NCBI GenBank assembly: GCA_965219415.1
Contig: OZ244742.1
Span: 1,600,001-1,664,000 of the forward strand
Length of the DNA stretch: 64,000 bases
Direction: 5' to 3'
DNA from: Candidatus Marinacidobacterales bacterium
GTDB taxonomy: Bacteria; Acidobacteriota; Vicinamibacteria; Marinacidobacterales; DATDRI01
In this document: piece by piece, positions 21,197-29,362 of the stretch
Position numbering within the stretch: position 1 is the stretch's first letter
How the letters are laid out: each line of letters opens with the position of its first letter
The notes under the pieces: model-generated
The model's input: only the letters and a program-made list of their open reading frames with translations
What the model was told of the DNA's origin: nothing
Database searches by the model: none
Made by a program: the position numbers and the translations under genes

Positions 21197-22682
21197 ATGT
21201 TGGAGAAGGTAAACCTATCCCAGAAAACCTCCAAAGACGACTACCGCAACAAGATCTCGGAGTTGGAAAAAGAGCTCGGTAGCCTGCTGAGGCGGGCGAA
21301 GGAGCTCAAGATTCCCCTGGCCATCGCGTTCGAGGGCTGGGGAGCGGCCGGCAAAGGCACAGTCCATCAACCGCCTCATCCTGTCGATGGATCCGAGACA
21401 ATTCAGCGTTCACCTCACGAGGGCGCCGAATGAGGAGGAACGGTCTCGGCCTTTTCTATGGCGGTTTTGGATCAAAACACCGGAGCGAGGAAGAACGGCT
21501 GTCTTCGATCGATGTTGGTATCGCCGGGTTCTCTCGGAGCGCATCGACAGGGTCGTCAAGAAGCCCGTATGGTCCAGAGCGTACGGCGAAATCAACTCCT
21601 TCGAACGACAACTGGTCGACGGTGACACGGTTATCATCAAATTCTTTTTTCACATCAGCAAGAAGGAACAAAGGAAGCGTTTCGCGAAACTTCGGCGCAA
21701 TTCGATCACCGCGCTCAGGGTCACCAAGGAGTACCGAAAACAACACAAGCATTACGGAAAGTATCTGCAAGCGACGGAAGACATGCTAGCCAAGACCGAC
21801 ACTGCAGTCGCTCCCTGGACGCTCGTGCCCGCGCACGATCGCAGGTTCGCCACTATCAAAGTATTTCGAACCGTCATCGGCTTTCTCGAGCAGAAGATCA
21901 AAGCCATCTAAGAAAAGTCACCCCCGGCGGATGCCGGTTACTTTCAATTGCCGAGCCCTACGTCCTCCGTTCTCGACGAGGCCGACTTGAGCCTGTCCCT
22001 CACCCGGACTGAGTACGAGAAAGAGCTGAAGCGCTGCAAACATCGACTCGTCGAGGCCGAGTATCGAGCCTACGCCAAGAAAATCCCGGTGGTGATCGCC
22101 TATGAAGGCTGGGACGCAAGCGGAAAAGGGGGAGAACATCAGGCGGCTCGCACAGGCGATGGATCCGCGAGGCTATGAAGTGATCCCCGTTGCCGCTCCC
22201 ACCGGGGAAGAAAAATCCCATCCTTACTTGTGGCGTTTCTGGAAGCGATTCCCTAGGGCCGGGCACATCGCCATCTTCGATCGCTCGTGGTACGGACGTG
22301 TCTTGGTTGAACGCGTGGAGGGCTTCGCCACACCGAACGAATGGAAGAGGGCCTACAACGAGATCAATGAGATGGAGGAGCAATGGGTCCACTTCGGCTC
22401 GGTTTTGGTCAAGTTCTGGATGCACATCGACCAGGATGAGCAGCTAAGAAGGTTCCGGGAACGCCAGGAAAATCCCTTCAAGAAATGGAAGATCACCGAC
22501 GAAGATTGGCGAAACCGAGAGAAGTGGCCTGCCTACAAGCCTACAAGTCTGCGGTGGACGAAATGCCCCGCCGCACGAGCACCACCTACGCGCCCTGGAC
22601 GGTCGTCGAGGGAAACAACAAATTACACGCTCGAATCAAGGCGCTCCGAACGGTACAAGCTGCCATTGAAGACCGTCTCTAG
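21197..22682 (+). pseudogene. Two-domain PPK2 (polyphosphate:AMP phosphotransferase type), disrupted
   Basis: FEGWGAAGKG/FDRCWY and YEGWDASGKGG/FDRSWY; frameshift ~21365, in-frame TAA 21909, frameshift ~22130, GCCTACAA duplication ~22531-22546. Confidence 0.9.
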
Positions 22683-23010
22683 CAAGCTAGACGCAATATA
22701 TATCATGAAACACTTTTGGGCCTCGGGAGCGCTGAGCGCGCGCGAGGTTCATGAGCGTCTCCGACCCACCACCGAATGGGCTTACTCGACCACGCGCACC
22801 ACGCTCGATCGCATGGTGAAAAAGCGCCTGCTGACGAAGAACGATTTTCACGGCATCAACCTCTATGAGGCTCGGATCACGAAGCCGGTCGGGATCGCCC
22901 AGCTCGTCCGAGACTTCGCGGATCGGGTTCTCGAAGTGGAGTCAGCCACCGTGGTGTCGCTGTTTGCGAAAAGTGAGTCCCTCACCGAGGAAGAAATGAA
23001 GGAATTGTCC
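22683..23010 (+). pseudogene. BlaI/MecI/CopY family repressor, truncated
   Basis: SAREVHE...WAYSTTRTTLDRMVKK...Y...DFADRV...LTEEEMKEL; no proper start, fused to the PPK2 tail frame. Confidence 0.75.
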
Positions 23011-23184
23011 GCAGCCTACTGGCAGGAAATCAGGTTTCCGTCGTGGACGGGGCCCTGCCGGTCTGGGAGGCGAACCACACGATTCACTCGGTGACTTCTC
23101 TTCCAGATCGGTATCTCACGGTTTCTTGGCGCACCGTCGTTCAAGAGGAGGTTCTCGATGCGAATCCGACACATTATGAACGAT

Positions 23185-24568
23185 GGGTTTACGCGGATTC
23201 GTGTGGGTAAGTTCTGACGGAAAAACAGTGTAACTCATTGTGTGGAAAAGGTATCGAGTACTTCATCAGGTGCTGAAAAGTGGTCCATTTTTAGGATAGG
23301 CTAACCGAGTGAAAAATTCCCAGTCGATCCGCTCGCTGTTTGCGCTGCCAGGTTTCGTGGTTGGTGCCGGATTGAAGGGTCTATTCGGTGACCGATACGC
23401 CCGTGTCATCCAGCTCAAGAGGCGAAAAAAACAGCTGTGTGCTCTTACTGTGGGCAACGGTGCCGGGGGCGCTATGACAAGCAAGTGTGCCGGGTCCGCG
23501 ACCTGTCGTTGGCAGGCTGGCGGATCTATCTGGAATACGAGCGTTGGCGCGTCAACTGTTCTGGGTGCGGCGGTGTGCATGTAGAACACCTAGACTGGCT
23601 GGCGAACAACTCGCGCTACACCCAGCGTTTTGCGACGCATGTGGGCAAGCTGTGCCGGGATATGCCGAACAAGGCGGTGGCCGAGATGGAACGTCTGCAC
23701 CACGGTACGGTGAAGGCTCTGGATACGCTCTACATGCAAGAGCAGGTCGACCGGGCGGGGCTACCGGCGCCTCGGGCCATCGGTGTCGATGAGATCTCCA
23801 TCCGCAAGGGACATAACTATCGCGTCATTGTCAGCGACCTGGAGCGGGCGCGTCCCATCTGGGTGGGCGGTGAGGGTCGCAAAGAAACCGACATCGATTT
23901 GTTCTTCAAGGCGCCGGGCGGAAAGAAAAGCGCCCGTATCAAGCTGGCCGCCATGGATATGTGGAAGCCCTTCCGGAACTCGGTGATTCACAACGCGCCT
24001 AATGCGCGGATCATCTCCGACAAGTTTCATATCATGCGTCATCTGTCAAAGGCCCTCGATGAGGTCCGGCGCGGTGAGTACAAACGCCTCAGCGGCAAGG
24101 ACCGGTCGTACATCAAGGGGCAGCGTTACACTTTGCTTTCCCGGCGGGAGAACCTGAGCCTAGACGGTCGCCGCGCACTCAAAAAGTTGCTCCAGGCCAA
24201 CCGGCGCCTGAACACCGCCTATATTTTGAAGGAGGCCTTCGGGCAACTCTGGGGTTACCGCACCGAACGCGGCGCTCGCGCCTTTTTCACTCGTTGGAAA
24301 GACAGCCTCAAATGGCAACGCCTGCATCCGTACCAGAAGTTCGCCGGTATGATTGAGTCCCATTGGGACGGTATCGCCTCCTACTGTCATCCGGAGAACA
24401 AAGTCAGTCTCGGCCTAGTTGAAGGGGTCAACAACAAAATCCGTGTTCTGCAACGACGCGCCTACGGCTATCGCGACGAGGAATATCTCAAGCTGAAGAT
24501 CGTGGCGGCTTTCCTTCCGCCATTACCCAGAAATGCAGTTTTCAACCCACACGAATCCGCGTAGACCC
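23185..24568 (+). mobile_element. ISL3-family insertion sequence, 1384 bp
   Basis: TIR GGGTTTACGCGGATTCGTGTGGGT / ACCCACACGAATCCGCGTAGACCC (1 mismatch in 24); 8-bp TSD TGAACGAT at 23177-23184 and 24569-24576. Confidence 0.96.
23309..24564 (+). CDS. ISL3 transposase, joined by a -1 frameshift at A7 (23425-23431)
   Basis: CSYC/CSGC Zn finger, IGVDE, MDMW, DKFH, EGVNNKIRVLQRRAYGYR. Confidence 0.9.
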
Positions 24569-25111
24569 TGAACGATAAATCCTGGCAGGGTCCACGACCC
24601 CTTCTATCAGTAACCCTCGCACTGGCACTGGCCTCGCTGCTGTTGCCCATGGCCGATAGCGGCGCACGCGAACTGCGAGTCGAAAGCGCTAGGCTCCAAT
24701 CTCCTCAAATGACTCACCCCCTCTGCGAAGGAAAGTTGACCTCCGGCTTTGGATCCAGAAAGGATCCTTTTAGTGGTCAAGTTGTAGACCACCCGGGCAT
24801 CGACATCGCCGCACGAGCGGGCGCCGACGTATTGGCACCGGCCGACGGCACGGTAGAGATCGCGGCGGCGAAGTACAGCGGTGGGGCCCGCCTTGGGACG
24901 GTCATCATCATCGATCATGGCAACGGGCTCAAAACGTTCTACGCCCATCTAGGGAGCCTCACGGTGGAGCCCGGTCAGAACGTGCGCGGTCAAGAACCCA
25001 TTGCGAAGGTCGGGTCGACCGGAGAGTCCACCGGCCCCCACCTTCACTTCGAGATTTGGGAGCGTGGCAACCCGGTTGACCCGCTACGATTCGTCGCTCG
25101 ATAGCAGAGAT

Positions 25112-25882
25112 TCAATCCGAGAAGCTGACCAGCACGGGGGCGTGATCGGAGGGTTGCTTTCCCTTGCGCTCTTGACGGTCGACCTCGGCCGCTTGGGAGC
25201 GACCCGCCAGTTCGTCGGTGACGAAGACATGGTCGAGTCTCAGCCCGTCGTTCTTCGGAAAACCGAGCTGCCGATAATCCCACCAGGAATAGAGGCCGTC
25301 CTCGGTGCGTCGCAGTCGGAAGGCGTCCACCAGCCCCCATTCGCACACCGCTCGGAGTGCCTCTCGCCCCCCCTCGTGACACAAAACGCTACTGCGCCAT
25401 TTGTCGGGGTTGGCCACGTCGCGATCTTCGGGGGCCACGTTGAAATCTCCGCAAAGCGCCAGGGGCTCGGAGGGGTTGTAATTCGCGTCTAAGTAGGACC
25501 GCAATCGACGCATCCAATCGAGCTTGTAGTCCCACTTGTCGGATCCGACGACCGAACCGTTGGGCACGTAGACCGAAACGACCCGTACGCCATCCACAAC
25601 GGCGGAAACGAAACGAGCTTGAGGATCTTGGACCCCATCTTCGAAAGATTTCCGGACGTCCTGCGGCTCGGAACGGCTAACAATGGCGACACCGTTATAG
25701 GTCCGCTGTCCTTGCACCGCGGCGAAGTAGCCGGCCTCTCGCACCGGCTCGAAGGGAAACTGCTCCTCGACGGCCTTCAGTTCTTGCAGGCATAGGACGT
25801 CGGGCTGGTGTCTTTCCAACACTCCGAGCAGCCGATCCAGCCGGATGCGAATCGAATTCACGTTCCAAGTTGCGATCTTCAT
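25112..25882 (-). CDS. xth: Exodeoxyribonuclease III
   Basis: ATWNVNSI, LQELK, YNGVAI, YVPNG, GDFNVAP, YSWWDYR, GLRLDH, SDHAPV. Confidence 0.96.
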   Translation of the reverse strand: MKIATWNVNSIRIRLDRLLGVLERHQPDVLCLQELKAVEEQFPFEPVREAGYFAAVQGQRTYNGVAIVSRSEPQDVRKSFEDGVQDPQARFVSAVVDGVRVVSVYVPNGSVVGSDKWDYKLDWMRRLRSYLDANYNPSEPLALCGDFNVAPEDRDVANPDKWRSSVLCHEGGREALRAVCEWGLVDAFRLRRTEDGLYSWWDYRQLGFPKNDGLRLDHVFVTDELAGRSQAAEVDRQERKGKQPSDHAPVLVSFSD

Positions 25883-25918
25883 TTGGTAAGGAAACAGCGG
25901 CTTGCTAGACTCGACGCG

Positions 25919-26566
25919 ATGCTAACCCAAACGATCCTCGCATCGTTGTCCGCGGCTGCATTGGTCCTGGTTCCGGGTGAGCCTCCCGAACGAGGCTTCG
26001 AGAACGGTGTGTTCACATCGGAGCGGCTCCCCCGAATTCGGATGAGGGTAGACCCGGCTTTCGCATACATCGGAAATGTCACCTTCGAGCTCAAGAACAT
26101 TGCTCTGGTCGATCGACACGTATTCGTCGACGCTGACGGTGAGCGCATTAACCGAATGATCGTGCTCCAGTTCGAGGGTTTCCTCGATGACAATGACCAT
26201 ACGTACGTCTGGGACATCACCAACCCGATCTCTCTCGGAGAACATGAGTACAAACACAACACGTTCTTCTTCGACACCTCCAAGGCCATGGAGGAAAATC
26301 CCGGCGCCGAGACGGACCACACGGTGGACTTTCTCGAACGGGAAGGGTACCAGTTAGCGAGCGAGCAAATGGTTTCACGTTTCGCCCGAGTCGTCGATGC
26401 TGCACGACGCCACGAGCTAATCATCTTCTATCACGAAAACGTCCGGGACTCGGGACATTCTCTCGGCGAAATCTCCGAGGATGGCGGGGTCCTACCTCAA
26501 CACGCCGCTATCGCCGAGGCTTTGACCGAACGGTCTCTCAGCAGCCTTTCCGTGTTAGACGACTAA
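25919..26566 (+). CDS. Hypothetical secreted protein
   Basis: Signal peptide from ATG 25919 (MLTQTILASLSAAALVL); globular composition, QFEGFL and ELIIFYHE. Confidence 0.7.
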   Translation: MLTQTILASLSAAALVLVPGEPPERGFENGVFTSERLPRIRMRVDPAFAYIGNVTFELKNIALVDRHVFVDADGERINRMIVLQFEGFLDDNDHTYVWDITNPISLGEHEYKHNTFFFDTSKAMEENPGAETDHTVDFLEREGYQLASEQMVSRFARVVDAARRHELIIFYHENVRDSGHSLGEISEDGGVLPQHAAIAEALTERSLSSLSVLDD

Positions 26567-26718
26567 GCCCCCGACAGGCTAGCCGCTCAATGGGTTCGTT
26601 CGCTCCGCCGTCGAAGCCAAGCGTCTGATCTCAATCCGACGATCCCAGAGACGCCGCCGGGTAAAAGGATGCAATTCTTACACTCCTAGCAAGAATGGGA
26701 ACGCGGTTCCAACGCCCT

Positions 26719-26901
26719 CCGGGCCCGAAGGGGCTGAAACTCCGCGCCGCAGCTTGCCGGTAACCAAACCATTCGGATAGGCGCCTAAACCTCGCGGATA
26801 GCCTGTCATCATTGAAGCAAAAGGTGCCGCCATCGCTGGACACCGTAAGCTGCCACACTTCAACGCTTAGCGCCTTCCCACCACGGCGCTTGCTGACCCG
26901 G
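26719..26901 (+). ncRNA. Candidate rod-like structured RNA or leader (unclassified)
   Basis: Nested complementary segments 26727-26737/26867-26877 and 26749-26761/26842-26853 flanking an 11x13-nt internal loop; G-U pairs favour the + strand. Confidence 0.35.
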
Positions 26902-26962
26902 CCCCTTGGCACGGACGTTGCACAACTTCGCAGTGGAAACTATCGACGGAAGGGGTCTTGCC

Positions 26963-27223
26963 ATGCACCAAGGACGGACGCTCCCACCTGCGCAACAACT
27001 CCCCTGTCCGAACTGTTTGAGCTACGCCCTCGAGTTCAAATCACGCTCCGTTCCCGGTTACTCGGAAAGTGTCCGCGTGGCTCGATGCGAAGGCTGCGGC
27101 TACCCCCTGCTGTTCGACGGTCCACTCGAACAGCGCATGAGAAGGGCGAGAGTCTCTGGAAATGGGCCGCTGCCCTCTCTGCGGTTCCCCAGACACGAAG
27201 CCGGGCGTTTTTTCTCAAGCTAG
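26963..27223 (+). CDS. Small Zn-ribbon protein (CPNC...CEGC)
   Basis: GGAAGGGG upstream of ATG 26963; two CxxC pairs; followed by a GC hairpin. Confidence 0.5.
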   Translation: MHQGRTLPPAQQLPCPNCLSYALEFKSRSVPGYSESVRVARCEGCGYPLLFDGPLEQRMRRARVSGNGPLPSLRFPRHEAGRFFSS

Positions 27224-27286
27224 GTCGCAACAATCTCTCCTGTTAGGTCAGTGCCACACCTGCCGACGGCAGTTTGCTCCGGGGAC

Positions 27287-27322
27287 GGCGGCCTAGCTCG
27301 GGCCGCCTGCCGACTTCTCTTA
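27287..27322 (+). terminator. Possible intrinsic terminator
   Basis: GGCGGCC-TAGCTCG-GGCCGCC hairpin followed by a weak pyrimidine tract. Confidence 0.35.
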
Positions 27323-27351
27323 AAACACACCAACCTTCGGCGATTATCCAC

Positions 27352-27380
27352 TTTACACAACCAAGCAAAGGGTATATCAT
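27352..27380 (+). promoter_or_regulatory. Inward sigma70-like promoter in the left TIR (transposase promoter)
   Basis: TTTACA (27352-57), N17, TATCAT (27375-80). Confidence 0.6.
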
Positions 27381-27541
27381 GACCTCATGAAATCAGGAAC
27401 GCCTTTTTTGTCAACGGCTTCCACAGCTTTGTCTAGCTCTTTCTTGAGGCGTTTTCCGAATACCTTTTCTGCTAACTCTGCGTCCGTCATTTGGGTCGCG
27501 GGCTTGCCTTTTCTCTTCTCTTTCTTAGGGGTTTGACTCAT
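27377..27541 (-). CDS. Small basic protein (54 aa) inside IS1595, antisense and head-to-head with the transposase
   Basis: MSQTPKKEKRKGKPATQMTDAELAEKVFGKRLKKELDKAVEAVDKKGVPDFMRS; AAGGAG 9 nt upstream of the ATG. Confidence 0.6.
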   Translation of the reverse strand: MSQTPKKEKRKGKPATQMTDAELAEKVFGKRLKKELDKAVEAVDKKGVPDFMRS

Positions 27542-28424
27542 GGACATCATCTCCTTGTTTGATCGATTCCGTAATGACGACGTATGCAGAAAGCATCTTG
27601 AGAGTTTGCGCTGGCCTGGGGGCGTCGCATGTACCCGCTGCGGAGACATGGCAGTGACTCCGATTAAGAGGCGAGGTCAATGGGACTGCCAAGGGTGTGG
27701 ATACCACTTCAGTGTCAAGTCCGGGACCGTCATGCACGATTCCCATCTTCCCTTGCGTAAGTGGTTTGCTGCCACCTATCTGATGTGCGAATCGAAGAAG
27801 GGGATGTCCGCTCTCCAACTCAAGCGCACTCTCAATGTATCGTACAAAACGGCGTGGTATCTGTGTCACCGCATCCGCGAAGCGATGGGTAACGACAAGT
27901 TCGAAGGCCCAACGCTCTTCGGTGTCGTCGAGGTCGATGAGACCCTGGTCGGCGGGCGTAAGCGTGGCCGTGGCAAAGGCTACCGGGGCAACAAGACTTG
28001 GGTCGCGGGAGCCATCCAGCGCGGCGGTCAAGTCCATCTCGCCCGTATCCCTAACATCAGAAAGCATACCCTCCACAAGTTCGTCGCCAGCACTATCCGG
28101 GACGAGGCCGAGGCCATCTACACGGACGAGCTTCGGTCCTACATCGGCATTGAAGACGACGACACCATCCACCGGACGGTCAACCACTCGGCTGAAGAGT
28201 GGGTTGTCGGAGACGTTCACACCAACAGCATCGAGGGCGTCTGGAGCCTGTTCAAGCGGTCCATCATGGGGGCGTTCCACAAGGTCAGCACCAAGCACCT
28301 CGACCGCTACCTCGAAGAGCTGGAGTGGCGGTTCAACAACCGAAACAACCCGCACATCTTCAACGACACCCTGTACCGGATCCTGACCGCAGACCCTCTC
28401 ACCTATCAGAATCTCGTGGCATGA
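27540..28424 (+). CDS. IS1595-family DDE transposase
   Basis: LRWPGG, CTRC...CQGC Zn ribbon, HTH (SALQLKRTLNVSYKTAW), VEVDET, YTDE, VNHS, HTNSIEGVWS, YLEELEWRFN. Confidence 0.95.
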   Translation: MDIISLFDRFRNDDVCRKHLESLRWPGGVACTRCGDMAVTPIKRRGQWDCQGCGYHFSVKSGTVMHDSHLPLRKWFAATYLMCESKKGMSALQLKRTLNVSYKTAWYLCHRIREAMGNDKFEGPTLFGVVEVDETLVGGRKRGRGKGYRGNKTWVAGAIQRGGQVHLARIPNIRKHTLHKFVASTIRDEAEAIYTDELRSYIGIEDDDTIHRTVNHSAEEWVVGDVHTNSIEGVWSLFKRSIMGAFHKVSTKHLDRYLEELEWRFNNRNNPHIFNDTLYRILTADPLTYQNLVA

Positions 28425-28431
28425 CATTATA

Positions 28432-28616
28432 GAATTCCACGCTCTCGCTCATACCAACAGAATTTAGAAGTCAAAACGTCCTTCTTGGTATGCCTTTATA
28501 AGGCGTCGTATGAATTGAAGCGTAAAAACCTACGCGGAACCTACGCGGAACATCCTGCGACGGATTTGCCATCAACCAGAGCATCAGACGCTCTATGAGG
28601 GGATACACGTGAATTC
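28432..28616. ncRNA. Candidate multi-hairpin RNA or miniature element inside IS1595
   Basis: Ends pair (GAATTCCACG/CGTGAATTC; CTCATA/TATGAG); five internal hairpins; 11-bp tandem CCTACGCGGAA. Confidence 0.4.
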
Positions 28617-29030
28617 CTAATCCTTTAGAACCCAGTTTGCTAAACTCACGACCCACTCAGTGGCGAGCACCGAAAAATAGACGCCTAAAATACCAGCAAG
28701 AATGGTTGTAACCATAATCATCGCCAGGCCAGCAACGTAACTCCGCGTAGGCTGATCCTTGTAAACTGTGACCCATGCTTGGAAGTCTGATCGAATCCCA
28801 GCCTTGATGGCTTTAAAGTCAAATCGGCGAACCAGCCATTCCTTCGTTCTCTCCACCGCGAAGATGAAAAGAAGTGTACCGCCTGAGAACAGAAAGAAGT
28901 CTCCTAATCGATCACTCATACCTAACCACCGCTTCCAAGTTGTCCCGTCATCGATCCAGCCGGGCAATTTCCAAAGGATGAGGAGAACGACACCGAACGG
29001 GCCAGCCCAAAAGCGCTTACGCTTACGCAT
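28617..29030 (-). CDS. IS passenger: hypothetical membrane protein (137 aa)
   Basis: About three hydrophobic segments, Trp-rich, lower GC than the host; convergent with the transposase. Confidence 0.6.
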   Translation of the reverse strand: MRKRKRFWAGPFGVVLLILWKLPGWIDDGTTWKRWLGMSDRLGDFFLFSGGTLLFIFAVERTKEWLVRRFDFKAIKAGIRSDFQAWVTVYKDQPTRSYVAGLAMIMVTTILAGILGVYFSVLATEWVVSLANWVLKD

Positions 29031-29036
29031 CCGCGC

Positions 29037-29066
29037 ATGCTATTCTCTCCTCAATGGTTGTGTCAA
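29037..29066 (-). promoter_or_regulatory. Inward sigma70-like promoter in the right TIR, probably giving a leaderless passenger mRNA
   Basis: TTGACA (29066-61), N18, TAGCAT (29042-37), 6 nt, then ATG 29030. Confidence 0.6.
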
Positions 29067-29142
29067 GTGGATAATTGCCCAACCTTCGGCACCGCCCTGT
29101 CCGACAGTCAGTGTGTCGCTTGCCTCGCAGGGACTTTCGACT

Positions 29143-29330
29143 ATGATTCCCCGATGCCGACCCTCACCCAATTGCTCGAACGAGGCAAGGACGACGTTAT
29201 CGCAATGGGGGCCCCTGGCCGCCAGCCGCACACCTATGCGGATTTGCGTCGTCACGTAACGGAGGGCTTCACCGAGGGTTGGTTCCGGAGCGGGATCAGG
29301 GCGTCATCGACGACGCGGTTCTCGCTATGA
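29143..29330 (+). pseudogene. Heavily deleted AMP-forming acyl-CoA ligase remnant (oxalate-CoA ligase-like)
   Basis: N-terminal GAPGRQPHTYADLRRHV fused directly to a C-terminal FTEGWFRSG(DQ)GVIDDA motif. Confidence 0.55.
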
Positions 29331-29362
29331 CGAGACTGCGGGCTCGCACCGCTGGGTGAAAC

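Larger units (their letters stand above)
23100..25104 (+). pseudogene. M56/M23 peptidase remnant interrupted by ISL3; M23 domain at 24577-25104
   Basis: Removing the IS restores RRFSMRIRHIMND|KSWQGPRPLLSVTLALALASLLLPM; HPGIDIAA, YAHL, STGPHLHFE; most of the M56 part is absent. Confidence 0.75.
27339..29079 (+). mobile_element. IS1595-family transporter IS with passenger cargo, 1741 bp
   Basis: 24-bp TIR GGCGATTATCCACTTTACACAACC / GGTTGTGTCAAGTGGATAATTGCC; 8-bp TSD CAACCTTC at 27331-27338 and 29080-29087. Confidence 0.95.

Noticed and set aside
8598-21911. Three in-frame TAA codons (8598, 10509, 21909), all followed by G, suggesting ochre reassignment or readthrough
   Set aside because: TAA ends intact genes here (4031, 26566, 34666), two of the three genes also carry frameshifts, and the expected residues differ (Glu/Lys); nonsense mutation is simpler
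26719-26901. Firm call as 6S RNA or a known riboswitch (cobalamin, c-di-GMP, c-di-AMP)
   Set aside because: The conserved sequence motifs of those families are not recognisable and the usual 6S neighbours are absent; kept only as an unclassified candidate
27525-28427. 300-aa antisense ORF spanning the IS1595 transposase
   Set aside because: Mirror-frame shadow ORF common in GC-rich codon-biased genes; no motifs and no RBS
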